Source: Thermoplasmata archaeon (GTDB taxonomy: Archaea > Thermoplasmatota > Thermoplasmata > Lutacidiplasmatales > UBA184). Taken from it: 64,000 nucleotides of DNA. The translations under genes were made by a program, and so were the position numbers. Under the pieces are notes generated by a model that saw nothing but the letters and a program-made list of their open reading frames with translations, searched no databases and was not told where the DNA came from. Each line of letters opens with the position of its first letter. Position 1 is the stretch's first letter. Below are positions 1 to 9,709 of this stretch, in pieces. The stretch is from contig DATJRQ010000004.1 of NCBI GenBank assembly GCA_035504595.1, positions 33,613 through 97,612 of the forward strand, written 5' to 3'.

Positions 1-1622
1 ACTCCGAGGGGAGCGCGGTCGAGCACTTGGCGGAGCACGACCGCGCTCAGCGGGTCCAGATACAGTTCGCTCGTCAGCGCACCGAACGGCGTGGCGGTCA
101 ACGAGTGGCCGGGAGTAAGGAACTCGTTCGCCTCGAGAAAGTCCCGGACCGTCTCGACCTTCGCGCGGAGCTCGCTGAGCGGGAGGGTCTGGCCGTAGAA
201 CGTCGCCGCAAAGAACCCCTCGAGCGCCTCCTCGGTCGCCACGGCCCGGCTCGCGACGAGCGCGAGCACGTGCATCCGGAGCGCCGGCTCGGCGGCGAGC
301 CGGCTGACGACCGTCTCGGGGGGCGCGGAGAGGTAGTCGTCCATCAGCCGGTCCTCGTCCTCGGGCGCCCGGGCGATGAGCAGCGCCTCGCCGTACGGGT
401 CGAACCGGGGGCGACCCGCCCGGCCCAGCATCTGGTGGACCTCCGTGGCCGGGATCGGTGCCTGCATGCCGAGCCGGTCGTCGTACCGGGTCGTGTCGCG
501 CACGATCACACGCCGCGCGGGAAGGTTGATGCCGGCGGCGAGCGTCGGGGTCGCGACGAGCGCTTTGAGGATCCGGTCGCGGAACGCATGCTCGACGACG
601 CGCCGCTCCGAGTTCGTGAGCGACGCGTTGTGGTAGGCGACGCCGTTGGGGATGAGCGCGGAGAGTCGACGCATTCCCTCGGTCTCCTCGTCCGCGGAGC
701 TTCCCAGCTCCTCGACGACCGCGCGCGCGCGGGCCTTCTCCTCCGCAGTGAGCAGCGCGCGGACCGTTCCCCCGAGCCCTTCAGCGACCTGTTCGCTCGA
801 CTTTCGCGTGTTGACGAACACGAGCGCCTGTCCGCCGTCCTGGAGGGCCGTGCGGACGAGGCGCGGAACCGGTTCCCCTGGTGCGGGGATCTCGCGGTGC
901 GTGAGGTCCGTGAACGTGACGTGGCCCGCGTGGTAGACCCCCTTCTTCAGTGGCACCGGCCGGTACTCGCTCGCCACGTGCCGCGCGCGCAACCACTCGG
1001 CGACCTCCTCCGAGTTTCCGACGGTAGCGGACAGTGCGACGACCTGCAGGTCCGGGTACGCCCGCCGGAGTCTCGTGAGGCTGACCTCCAGGGTCGGGCC
1101 GCGGTCCGGATCGCGCATGAGATGCACCTCGTCCGCCACGACCACGCCGAGGCGGTCGAGCCATGGGCTCCCCCGTCGGAGCAGGCCGTCCGCCTTCTCG
1201 CTCGTGGCCACCAGGATGTCGAGCGACTCGAGCTTCTCGGCCGAGAGGTCGAAGTCCCCCATCGAGATCCCGACCTTCACGCCGAGCGGGGCGAACCGGG
1301 CGAGCTCGTCGCCCTTCTCCTGGGCGAGAGCTCGGAGCGGAACGAGGTAGAGGCCGGTGCGCCCCGCCCGGGCGGCCCGAAGGAGCGCGAGGTAGGCAAC
1401 GAGCGATTTCCCGCTCGCCGTGGGGCAGGCGAGCAGCACGCTCTCCCCGGCGAGCACCGGCCCGAGTGCCGCGGCCTGCGGGGGGTACAGCGAACGAATG
1501 CCATCCTCCTCCAGGATCGCGCGGACGTCCGGGGCGATCGGCGTCGCGTCGAGAGGGACGAGCCCCTCGCTGGCGGGAAGCGGGGCGGAATCCGGCGGGC
1601 GCGCACGCGAGCGAGTAGGCAC
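1..1622 (-). CDS. hel308: Hel308/Ski2-like SF2 helicase, 5' portion (gene continues past the window start)
   Basis: Hand translation of the minus strand gives YPPQAAALGPVLAGESVLLACPTASGKSLVAYLA (Walker A), VVADEVHLM (DEVH), LSATVGN and HQMLGRAGRP (motif VI). There is no ATG; the first in-frame start is GTG at 1620-1622, 21 nt after the TAA of the upstream gene and in the same frame. It is missing from the ORF track because it has no stop inside the window. Confidence 0.85.
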   Translation of the reverse strand, partial: MPTRSRARPPDSAPLPASEGLVPLDATPIAPDVRAILEEDGIRSLYPPQAAALGPVLAGESVLLACPTASGKSLVAYLALLRAARAGRTGLYLVPLRALAQEKGDELARFAPLGVKVGISMGDFDLSAEKLESLDILVATSEKADGLLRRGSPWLDRLGVVVADEVHLMRDPDRGPTLEVSLTRLRRAYPDLQVVALSATVGNSEEVAEWLRARHVASEYRPVPLKKGVYHAGHVTFTDLTHREIPAPGEPVPRLVRTALQDGGQALVFVNTRKSSEQVAEGLGGTVRALLTAEEKARARAVVEELGSSADEETEGMRRLSALIPNGVAYHNASLTNSERRVVEHAFRDRILKALVATPTLAAGINLPARRVIVRDTTRYDDRLGMQAPIPATEVHQMLGRAGRPRFDPYGEALLIARAPEDEDRLMDDYLSAPPETVVSRLAAEPALRMHVLALVASRAVATEEALEGFFAATFYGQTLPLSELRAKVETVRDFLEANEFLTPGHSLTATPFGALTSELYLDPLSAVVLRQVLDRAPLG

Positions 1623-1643
1623 GTTCTCTCGGAGCGCCCCGGA

Positions 1644-2780
1644 TTAGTAACGATTCCGCGGGTCGGGGGGGTCGACGAGGCTCCGGGCGAGGATCAGTTC
1701 CTGGATCTCGGTCGTCCCCTCCACGATCGGGAACACTCGCGCGTCGCGCAGGAGTCGCTCCGCCGGGTGGCCCGACCGCGCGCCCGCCGCTCCGGCCACG
1801 TCGACGCCGAGCGACGCGATCGTCACAGCTGCGCGCGAAGCGACCAGCTTCGCTACCGACGCTTCCCGGACGAACGGTTGCCCCGCGTCCTTCCGGGCGG
1901 CGGCGACCTCGACCAGGGCGCGCGCGGAGGAGAGCTCGGCGTAGGCCCGGGCCAGCGCGGAGCGCTTCCACTCCGCGTCCTCCTCGCGGACCGACTCCAA
2001 CAAGACGTCGAACGCGGCCTGGGCCACCCCCAGGGCGCAACTGGCGATCCCGACACGTCCTCCGGCAAGGGCGCTCAGGGCGACCTTCAGTCCGCTCCCT
2101 TCGGGCCCGAGCAGGGCGTCCGCCCCGAGCGGCACGTCGCTGAGGACGAGTTCCGTGGTCTCGCTGCCGCGGAGCCCCATCTTGTCCAGCCGTTGGGCGA
2201 CCGAGAATCCGCCGGTGCCGGGCGGAACGATGAACGCCGAGATGCCGCGACTGCCGAGCGCTGGGTCGTGGGTGGCGAAGACCAGCACGACGCCGGCGCT
2301 CACGGCGTTCGACGTGAACATCTTCGTGCCCCGGAGGACGAATCCGTGGTCGTCCCGACGGTACCGGGTCGCGAGGCGGACGGTGTCGGAGCCGGCGTTC
2401 GGCTCGGTCAGCGCGAACGCCCCCACTCGCTCCCCCCGAGCGAGGGGACGGAGGAACCTTTCCTTTTGATCGTCGGTCCCCCATTCGAGGATCGGTTGGG
2501 CGCAGACCGACAGGTGCACGGCGAGGGTGACGGCGACCGCCGCGCTCTCGTGGGCGAGCAGTTCGAGAACGGTCGCCGTCGAGCGCGTGTCGCCTCCGCT
2601 GCCGTCCCATTCCTCCGGAAGCCCGAGGCCCAGGAACCGCTCGCGCGCGAGCTCCCGCAGCAGTTCGTCCGGGATCCGATCCTCGCGGTCGATGCGACCG
2701 GCGAGGGGCCGGACGACCCGCTCCGCCAATCGGTGCGCCCGCTCGCCCCAATTGACGGCGGCCGACGGCGGCGGGGTCAT
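1644..2780 (-). CDS. acyl-CoA dehydrogenase
   Basis: Starts at the inner ATG (2778-2780) of track ORF 1644..3416, giving 378 aa. ACAD-like motifs are GAFALTEPNAGSD, KMFTSNA and C-terminal IVEGTTEIQELILAR. The upstream 212 codons of the track ORF are Arg/Ser-rich shadow sequence. Confidence 0.9.
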   Translation of the reverse strand: MTPPPSAAVNWGERAHRLAERVVRPLAGRIDREDRIPDELLRELARERFLGLGLPEEWDGSGGDTRSTATVLELLAHESAAVAVTLAVHLSVCAQPILEWGTDDQKERFLRPLARGERVGAFALTEPNAGSDTVRLATRYRRDDHGFVLRGTKMFTSNAVSAGVVLVFATHDPALGSRGISAFIVPPGTGGFSVAQRLDKMGLRGSETTELVLSDVPLGADALLGPEGSGLKVALSALAGGRVGIASCALGVAQAAFDVLLESVREEDAEWKRSALARAYAELSSARALVEVAAARKDAGQPFVREASVAKLVASRAAVTIASLGVDVAGAAGARSGHPAERLLRDARVFPIVEGTTEIQELILARSLVDPPDPRNRY

Positions 2781-2850
2781 CGGACGGACGCACCCCGACG
2801 AACGCTTAAGGTGTGATGTTCGGTCGCCGCACCGGCGGGGGGAGGCGACG

Positions 2851-4755
2851 ATGGCGCGGGCTCCGACACCGAAGGACCGGTTCACGTCCCTCGACACGCT
2901 CGCGCTCGTCCGGGAGCTCCGGGCGCTTCCCCGCGCCCATGTCGACAAGGCGTTCGACCTCGCCGGCGGGGGTTGGTCGCTCCTGCTTCGGGCGCCGGGC
3001 GAAGGGCGACGAGAGCTGGTGCTTGTGCCCGGGCAGTACGCCGCCCTGGTCCCGAGCGGTCCGGGGCACACCGAGGAGCTCTCGCCTTTCGCGCGCGAGC
3101 TGCGTCGCCTGCTCGTCGGCAGTGGGCTACGCGAAGCGGGCGAACCCGGAGGCGAGCGGTACCTCGAGGTCGCGTTCGGTCGCTCCGACGACCCGCAGCC
3201 GACCCTGGTAGCGCTGGAGATGTTCGGCACAGGAAACCTGATCGTCGCCCAGGGCGGCAAGATCGTGGCGGTCGCGAAGGCCCGGCGGTGGGCACATCGC
3301 CAGGTGCGAGTCGGCGCGGAGTATTCTCGGCCTCCCGTGCGGGTCGACCCGTGGTCCGTCGGACGGGCCGGGCTCGAGGCGGAGCTGACGCGCTCGCGCA
3401 ACGACCTCGCGAGCACTCTCGCCGCTCGCCTCTCGTTTGGCGGCCCGGTCGCCGAGGAGCTGATCGCGCGCGCGGTCGCGGACGGCGCCGCGCCGGCCTC
3501 CGTCGGGGCCCCCGGCGTGGCGGAGCGCCTGCATCACGCCATCTCCGAACTCCTCCGCGAAGTCGGTGACCGCCCGCGCGGATTCGTGTACCGGCGGGAC
3601 GGGACGATCGTGGACGCTACCCCGTATCCGTCCCGGCGATGGGGGGACGTGCCGGGTGTCACGGTCGAGGAGCGGCCCACGTTCTCCCAGGCCGCGTTCG
3701 AATACTTCGGATCGCTCGTCGTGGTCCCCGCGTCCGTCGAAGAAGAGGCGGCCGGCCAGGCGCGCCGCGAACTGGAGCGGCTCCGCGCGCAGCAAACCGC
3801 GGCGATCGCGGGGCTTTCCGAGGCGATCCGGGCCCTGCAGGCCCGCGCCGAGGCGATCTTCGCGCACTACGCCGAGGCGGAAGCGGCGCTGGTCGAGGCC
3901 CGCGCCGCTCCCGTTCGGGAACCGAAGATCCTCCGGACGCTGGGGGAGCAAGCAGTGGAGCTCTCCGTCGACCGGACGCCGCGGGAGACCGCCCAGGAGC
4001 TCTACTCGGAGGCGAAGCGGCTGCAGGCGAAGCTCGCCGGCGCTCGAGCCGCGCTCGCGGACACCGAGGCGCGGGGCACGGCCTCCGCTCCGTCGGCGCG
4101 GCCCCATCCGGCGCGACCCGCGGGGGAGCCGGAGCGGAGGTCGAAGCCGCACTGGTTCGAGCGTTTTCGTTGGTTCATCAGCTCGGAGGGTGCGATCGTG
4201 ATCGCGGGGCGAGATGCCTCGTCGAACGACCTCATCGTCCGACGGAACATGAAGGAGGGCGACGTGTACCTTCACGCCGACCTGCACGGCGCGGCGAGCG
4301 TGATCGTGAAGCACCCGGCCCCGGGCGAGCCGCCGGTGACCGAAGTGACGTTACGGGAGGCCGGCCAGTGGGCCGTCGTGTACTCGAAGGCGTGGCGTGC
4401 CGGTCTCGCGGCGGCCGAGGCGTTCTGGGTGACGCCCGAGCAGGTATCGAAATCCGCCGCCAGCGGAGAGTTCGTCGCGCGGGGGGCGTGGGCGATCCAC
4501 GGCACGAAGCACGTCCTGCGCGACCTTCCGACGGAGATCGCGCTCGGCACGATCGAGTTCGACGGGGATCAGTTGTGGACCGCCGCCCCACCGTCCGCGA
4601 TCCGGACGCGCGGGGCGATCCGCGCTCTCTTGGTACCCGGACCGGAACGCGGACGGGACGCGGTCGAAGTCGAACTGGCCCGCGAGCTCGGGTTGTCGCG
4701 GTCCCGCCTCCAGGGGCTTCTCCCCGCCGGGGGCATCGAACTTCGGCGCGCGTAG
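2851..4755 (+). CDS. NFACT-family protein (archaeal RqcH/Rqc2/FbpA-like ribosome quality-control factor)
   Basis: Starts at the inner ATG 2851 of track ORF 2527..4755. It has an N-terminal NFACT-N-like region, an Ala/Glu-rich coiled-coil middle, and the C-terminal NFACT-R/DUF814-like block WFERFRWFISSEGAIVIAGRDASSNDLIVRR...GDVYLHADLHGAASVIVK. Confidence 0.8.
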   Translation: MARAPTPKDRFTSLDTLALVRELRALPRAHVDKAFDLAGGGWSLLLRAPGEGRRELVLVPGQYAALVPSGPGHTEELSPFARELRRLLVGSGLREAGEPGGERYLEVAFGRSDDPQPTLVALEMFGTGNLIVAQGGKIVAVAKARRWAHRQVRVGAEYSRPPVRVDPWSVGRAGLEAELTRSRNDLASTLAARLSFGGPVAEELIARAVADGAAPASVGAPGVAERLHHAISELLREVGDRPRGFVYRRDGTIVDATPYPSRRWGDVPGVTVEERPTFSQAAFEYFGSLVVVPASVEEEAAGQARRELERLRAQQTAAIAGLSEAIRALQARAEAIFAHYAEAEAALVEARAAPVREPKILRTLGEQAVELSVDRTPRETAQELYSEAKRLQAKLAGARAALADTEARGTASAPSARPHPARPAGEPERRSKPHWFERFRWFISSEGAIVIAGRDASSNDLIVRRNMKEGDVYLHADLHGAASVIVKHPAPGEPPVTEVTLREAGQWAVVYSKAWRAGLAAAEAFWVTPEQVSKSAASGEFVARGAWAIHGTKHVLRDLPTEIALGTIEFDGDQLWTAAPPSAIRTRGAIRALLVPGPERGRDAVEVELARELGLSRSRLQGLLPAGGIELRRA

Positions 4756-5363
4756 ACCCGCGTGACCTCGTCCGCCGGGAACGCGTCCCCCGGGCGGCGC
4801 CAGGTCCGCCCGCGGGCCCGTAGCCCCACGATCTCGACCGACTCCTCCTCCAGGTGCAGCGGGTCCCCGACTCCCAGCATCGTCCCGTGCGGGACCGCGA
4901 CCCGCTCCGAGCGCGTTCGATGCCCTTCCACGACGGACACGGGCACGACCGCGCCCTCGTCGCTGCGGGCCCACACGGTCCGCACCTCCGAGGCGAGCGC
5001 GTGGGGTCGGGACTTTCCCTCCCGATCTTCGATCCGGTGGATGAGGAGCGGGGGCTCGGCCTCCGGCACGCCCGAGCCGACCTGGAGCTTTCGACGCGGC
5101 GACACCCACATCGTCGACCGCTCGGAAGTGGGACCCGTCGACACGACGAGCGCGACCTCGATCCGGGTCTCGGGGACCGACGCGAACGGGTGGGTCCACT
5201 CGCACTCGCGACAGCGGGCGACGCCCCGGACGGCCGCGCCCCCTTTCGGGTCCACGCGAAGGATCCGGTGGGGGGTCGAGCGACCGCAGGCATCGCACCA
5301 CAACGTGGCCGCGTGCAAGCGGGTTGCCGACCGACGGTGCTCGGTGGTGACCGTCTCGTCCAT
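4569..5363 (-). CDS. zinc-ribbon protein, HVO_0476-like
   Basis: Starts at the inner ATG (5361-5363) of track ORF 4569..5924. It carries CDAC...CREC cysteine pairs followed by a beta-rich body ending ...EVTRVYARR, as I recall for the haloarchaeal HVO_0476 family. The ORF then runs ~58 more low-complexity codons to the first stop, antisense to the NFACT gene end. Confidence 0.6.
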   Translation of the reverse strand: MDETVTTEHRRSATRLHAATLWCDACGRSTPHRILRVDPKGGAAVRGVARCRECEWTHPFASVPETRIEVALVVSTGPTSERSTMWVSPRRKLQVGSGVPEAEPPLLIHRIEDREGKSRPHALASEVRTVWARSDEGAVVPVSVVEGHRTRSERVAVPHGTMLGVGDPLHLEEESVEIVGLRARGRTWRRPGDAFPADEVTRVYARRSSMPPAGRSPWRRDRDNPSSRASSTSTASRPRSGPGTKRARIAPRVRIADGGAAVHN

Positions 5364-5428
5364 CCCCCGACCCGAGCTGAGCAGGGCGGGCGGTGGGATT
5401 AGATGTGCACTCCGGTCCCGTGGGGAAC

Positions 5429-6508
5429 TCAGCTCGCGGCACCGGCGGCGCGTCGAAGGGCTCCGAATCGACGTCGCCGATAGGCACGGACCGCCCGATC
5501 CGGCGCGAGCGCGCGGTAGATCGCGAACAGCCCGATCTCGCCCAGGTAGCGCTGGCGCCGCCAGAACAACGTTCGGACGAAACCGGCCCAGGTCCCGATC
5601 GAAGCATGCGCGTCGGGGTCGAGGAGGTAGATCACCACCGCGACCTCCCGCTCGAAGCTCAGCACGAACCGCTCGGCCAATCGATGCCCGGGGCGTTGCG
5701 CGACCATCCGACGCATGACCTGGGCCGCGGCGTACGACCGCACGGTCTCTGCGATCGCCTTCGCCGCCGGTCCCCCGTCCAGGGACTCGTGACTGGCGCT
5801 CTGGTGGACCCGATATTCGTTGAGGACCCGCGACTCCACAAGCAGGGGGCGCCCGGTCAGGGCTGCCGCCGCGAACAGGAACAGATCGGGAGCCGCGGTG
5901 ATCTCCCGAAGCAGTCCCAGCCACGGTCGGATCGCGTCCGCGCGGATCGCCATCGTGCTGACGTTCACGTGGGCACCGTAATGGTACACGAACGCGAGAT
6001 CCGAGCCCCGCGGGGCGTCCGGCGAGATCGTGCGGGAGCGGGGCGTCTGGGGCCGATGGACGTCCCAGGACGGCAGCGGCTGCCCGCGTGCGTCGATCCC
6101 GCGGAAGGAGGTTCGGACGAACGCAGGTGCTGGCTCGGCCCGGAAATCCTCGACCAGTCCGCGCAGCTTCCCGGGCCGGAACCGGTCGTCGTCTTCGAGG
6201 AACGCGATCACCTCACCCCGGGCGAGTTCGATCGCGCGAGCGAACATCGCGCCCATTCCTCCCAGCTCCTCCGTGAACACACGCACCGGAGGCCCGGCGC
6301 CGGCGAGCGGGTGGTCGAGCTCGGGGTCCGCGAAATCCTTGAGGACGACGATCTCGAACGGGACCCCAGGAGGCTCCTGGGCAAGGAGCGAGCGAACCGC
6401 ATCCGGAAGGAACTGCTTTCGATGGTAGGCGGTCACGACCACCGTCAGCCACGGCTGCGCGGACTCGGACGTAGCGGGGACCCGACGCGCGGTGGCCGGG
6501 AGCGCCAT
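5429..6508 (-). CDS. family 2 glycosyltransferase (paralog 1)
   Basis: Motifs are LTVVVTAYHRKQFL...FEIVVLKDFAD...EVIAFLEDDDRFRPGKL (GT-A fold, DxD). ATG at 6506-6508 was chosen by alignment with the paralog upstream. The track start 6580 would overlap that paralog by 32 nt. Confidence 0.8.
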   Translation of the reverse strand: MALPATARRVPATSESAQPWLTVVVTAYHRKQFLPDAVRSLLAQEPPGVPFEIVVLKDFADPELDHPLAGAGPPVRVFTEELGGMGAMFARAIELARGEVIAFLEDDDRFRPGKLRGLVEDFRAEPAPAFVRTSFRGIDARGQPLPSWDVHRPQTPRSRTISPDAPRGSDLAFVYHYGAHVNVSTMAIRADAIRPWLGLLREITAAPDLFLFAAAALTGRPLLVESRVLNEYRVHQSASHESLDGGPAAKAIAETVRSYAAAQVMRRMVAQRPGHRLAERFVLSFEREVAVVIYLLDPDAHASIGTWAGFVRTLFWRRQRYLGEIGLFAIYRALAPDRAVRAYRRRRFGALRRAAGAAS

Positions 6509-6548
6509 TAGCTTGGCGGCGTATCGAGCGCTCGGACCGCGCGCGCCA

Positions 6549-7631
6549 CTAGTCGGCTCGGGGAGCCCCCGTGGCCGCACGGCGCAGGTCCCCGTGACGC
6601 CGGGCCCGGTACGAGCGGATGGCTCGGTCGGGCAGCAGCCAGCGGTACAGGCAGTAGGCCCAGAGCCCGGCGAGGTACTTCTGACGGCGGCGAGCGAACC
6701 ACGGGGCGAATCGCAGCCAGTCCGCGAACGAAAGTCGAGCGGACCGCTCGAGAAGGAACGCGACGGTCGCCGATTCGAGGCGGAACGCGGCGGCCATCGG
6801 CCGGGCCCGATCCGTACCGGGGACTTGCGCGAGGGCTTCTTGGGTCACCCTCGCGGCCACGAGCGTGCGCTGTACGTCGCGCACGTCGAGCGCTTCGTTG
6901 CCGGCCGCCAGCACCGGGTGGCTCGTGCTCGGATGGACCCGGTACTCGTTCCACCGTTCGTTGCCGACGCGCACGCTTCCGGTCGAACCGAGGGCCCAGA
7001 GAAACAGCGCGACGTCGGAAGAGGCGGGAAGCTGGCGGATCCACGATGAGCCCCGGCGCGCGAGGGCGGTCCGGATCGACATCGTGCTGAGGTTCACATA
7101 TCCCCCGTACCGGTACAGCCAGGGAAGATCGACCCGACCGTTCCCGGGACCCCACGTCACGGGGTGCGGCGCCTGCGGCCGGAAGCGCTCCCAGGAGGGT
7201 AGCGGGTCGCCGTTCTCATCGATCGCATCGTAGGCGTTGCGCACGAACTGGAGGTCCGCACTCGGTCGATACAGCTCGTAGAGGCCGGCGAGCTTCCCGG
7301 GACGGAACCGGTCGTCGTCTTCGAGGAAGCAGGTCACCTCGCCCCGCGCAAGTTCCAGACCGCGCGCGAGCATCTGGCCGATCAGGGGCAGGTCCTCTGT
7401 GACGACGCGGACCTTCGGCCGCAGGCTCTCCAACCAGTCGTCGATCGGACCGTCGGCGAAGTCCTTGACGACGACGACCTCGACGGACGTCGACGGGAAC
7501 GTCTGGTCGAGGACCGACTGGACGGACTCGCGCAGGAACGTCCGGCGTCGGTACGCGGTGATGACGACGGTGAAGAACGGCGGTGTCGCGGGAGGAGAGG
7601 TGTCGACTCTGGGCGCCACCCCTTCGACCAC
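6549..7631 (-). CDS. family 2 glycosyltransferase (paralog 2)
   Basis: Motifs are FTVVITAYRRRTFL...VEVVVVKDFAD...EVTCFLEDDDRFRPGKL. It is collinear with paralog 1 along its full length, including the C-terminal RRRQKYL...LPDRAIRSYRARR tail. GTG start. Confidence 0.85.
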   Translation of the reverse strand: MVEGVAPRVDTSPPATPPFFTVVITAYRRRTFLRESVQSVLDQTFPSTSVEVVVVKDFADGPIDDWLESLRPKVRVVTEDLPLIGQMLARGLELARGEVTCFLEDDDRFRPGKLAGLYELYRPSADLQFVRNAYDAIDENGDPLPSWERFRPQAPHPVTWGPGNGRVDLPWLYRYGGYVNLSTMSIRTALARRGSSWIRQLPASSDVALFLWALGSTGSVRVGNERWNEYRVHPSTSHPVLAAGNEALDVRDVQRTLVAARVTQEALAQVPGTDRARPMAAAFRLESATVAFLLERSARLSFADWLRFAPWFARRRQKYLAGLWAYCLYRWLLPDRAIRSYRARRHGDLRRAATGAPRAD

Positions 7632-7642
7632 GGGAGGCGTTC

Positions 7643-8623
7643 CTAGTGTGCGGGGGCCCCGACACCGCGAGCGGCCAACGCGAGGAGTTCGTTCAACGAG
7701 TCGTCGACGGTGTGGTGGCAGGAAACTCCGAGGCGTCGTTCCGTCTCGGCGCGGGAGACCGCGAACTCCGGGTCAATGAGCTCCACGCCCTGTCTCGGGT
7801 TCGGGACGAGGTCGACCCGGACGGCGGGACTTCCCGGGTGGAGGGCCGCCCATCCCCGGACGACCTTGTCGGCGATCTCGAGGACGGAGCAGGACTCCCC
7901 GCTGGCGACGTTGAACGTGGCGGCCCCGGTCTGCCCCGGCGAGGAACGAAGAAAACGGACGGCGGCCGCCCAGTGCGCCAGCGCGTCCTCGAGGTGAATG
8001 AAATCGCGCCGTTGAGTTCCCGGCGCATTGACGGTGAGCCGTCCCTCGGCGGCTTGTCGCGAGAAGAGCTGGAGGACGTTCCCCTTGGCCACCGCCCGCC
8101 CTTCCGACAGGTAGGTGCCGTACACGTTACTCATCCGCAGCACCGCCCCGGAGATCCCGGCGCTCGAGCTTAACTCCGACAGTATCGCTTCACCGGCGGC
8201 TTTCTGCCGCGCGTACTCGTGCGTCGGTCGCGCGGGGGTCTCCTCGGTCACGGGAAGCTGCTGGGGCGCTCCGACCACGGCGAGGCTGCTCGCGAACGCG
8301 ACGGGAACCCGACGGGCCGCGCACGCCGCGACGAGCGTTCGGGTGCCAGCGACGTTCACACGCGCGGTCCCGACCGGGTCGTCGGCGCACGCCATGACGC
8401 CCGACACGGCCCCGAGGTGCAGCACCACATCGCAGTCGGCGAGGACGCGCAGTCCCTCGGCCGAGGCAAGGTCCCGAGCTCGGACCGGCCAGCGGGACGA
8501 CTCGACCCGGACCGCGCCGCTGCCGTCGTCGACGGGGCACACGTCAAAACCCGCGTTCGCGAGGAAGGGAACGAGGGCGCCCCCGATGTATCCGGTCGCG
8601 CCGGTGACACCGACCCGGGTCAT
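7643..8623 (-). CDS. NAD-dependent epimerase/dehydratase (extended SDR)
   Basis: Starts at the inner ATG (8621-8623) of track ORF 7643..8947. N-terminal Rossmann motif MTRVGVTGATGYIGG, then a YARQK (YxxxK) catalytic motif. Confidence 0.85.
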   Translation of the reverse strand: MTRVGVTGATGYIGGALVPFLANAGFDVCPVDDGSGAVRVESSRWPVRARDLASAEGLRVLADCDVVLHLGAVSGVMACADDPVGTARVNVAGTRTLVAACAARRVPVAFASSLAVVGAPQQLPVTEETPARPTHEYARQKAAGEAILSELSSSAGISGAVLRMSNVYGTYLSEGRAVAKGNVLQLFSRQAAEGRLTVNAPGTQRRDFIHLEDALAHWAAAVRFLRSSPGQTGAATFNVASGESCSVLEIADKVVRGWAALHPGSPAVRVDLVPNPRQGVELIDPEFAVSRAETERRLGVSCHHTVDDSLNELLALAARGVGAPAH

Positions 8624-8693
8624 CGTCCCGAGGGGACGGGACCCCGCAGATAAAGCCGCGGAACGCGCACCCGGAACCCGTCGCCCGGGGGCC

Positions 8694-9677
8694 TTACCGG
8701 AGCTCCCATCGCCGGAGACTGGCCCGGAACAGCAGCCGGCGCGCTTCGGCCGGAGACAGGAGCGCCACGAAGGCGGTTCCGAGCACCCCCCGCTGCCGGA
8801 GTCCCGGCCCGTGCCAGATCGCCTTCCAGGCGGCGGCTCGGGGGCGGGTCCCGGTCTCGAGGTCCGCGAAGAAGTGGAACGCGGTCGCGCCCTGGTCGAG
8901 GAACCGCCCGAAGGGCGAGCCGGTGCCGCGGCGGGCGACGACGGCACGGGACATCACATCGTACGCCCGCGCGAACCGGGTGCTCGACGCGGCGTGCCGC
9001 CGGCGGAACTCGTCGGGCGACGAGGCGCCGCGCGTCTGGGACATGTTCTGGTCGTGGAGGCGGAGCCGCACGAGCGGCTCCGGGCTCAGTTCGATGCCCC
9101 CGTCGCCGAGGAGCGCGGCGACGAACCAAAAGAGGTCGCACGCCCAGCCGGCCTCCCGGAGCGTCGGCACCCATCCGAGCGCCCACGAGCGGCGGATCAC
9201 CGTCGAGGAGTTGTTCCCGGTCCAGACCCGCTCCACGAGGAACCGAAGGTCGTCCCGGTCCGCGGACGCGAACTGGGTCGGGTCCTTCCCCTCGATCTCG
9301 CGGTGCGTCGCATGGACGAATTGCCCGCTCCGGTCGATGGCGCGCTGGGCGTGACAGAAGTACACGAGGCGCCCGTCGGATCCGAACCGTTCCCGGATCC
9401 GGGGTACCTTCGTGGCCTCCCACACGTCGTCATCGTCGAGATAGGCCACCACGTCCCCCGTCGCCACCTCGAGCCCGCGCGCCTCCTTCTCGCCGGTGTC
9501 CGCGATGTCGCAGCGAAGATCTCGGTACCGTCCCTCGCACCCTTCGATCGGGCCGTCGAAGTTCCGAACGACGATCACTTCGTCCGCGCCGGAGTCGAGG
9601 GCCGATCGGACCGCTTCGGCGAGGAACCCGCGCCGGTTGTGGGCGGTGACGACCGCGGAGACGGTGACGCTGGTCAT
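8694..9677 (-). CDS. family 2 glycosyltransferase (paralog 3, more divergent)
   Basis: Starts at the inner ATG (9675-9677). Motifs are VSAVVTAHNRRGFL...DEVIVVRNFDG...DVVAYLDDDDVW. Confidence 0.8.
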   Translation of the reverse strand: MTSVTVSAVVTAHNRRGFLAEAVRSALDSGADEVIVVRNFDGPIEGCEGRYRDLRCDIADTGEKEARGLEVATGDVVAYLDDDDVWEATKVPRIRERFGSDGRLVYFCHAQRAIDRSGQFVHATHREIEGKDPTQFASADRDDLRFLVERVWTGNNSSTVIRRSWALGWVPTLREAGWACDLFWFVAALLGDGGIELSPEPLVRLRLHDQNMSQTRGASSPDEFRRRHAASSTRFARAYDVMSRAVVARRGTGSPFGRFLDQGATAFHFFADLETGTRPRAAAWKAIWHGPGLRQRGVLGTAFVALLSPAEARRLLFRASLRRWELR

Positions 9678-9709
9678 GCCCGCCTCAGGGCCGAGCGCCG
9701 GACGTTCGA

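Noticed and set aside
27-2816. 929-aa plus-strand ORF, and the 670-aa ORF 781..2793 on the minus strand.
   Set aside because: Both have extreme Arg/Gly/Pro/Glu composition. They are antisense or out of frame to a motif-rich helicase and an acyl-CoA dehydrogenase, which is typical of GC-driven shadow ORFs.
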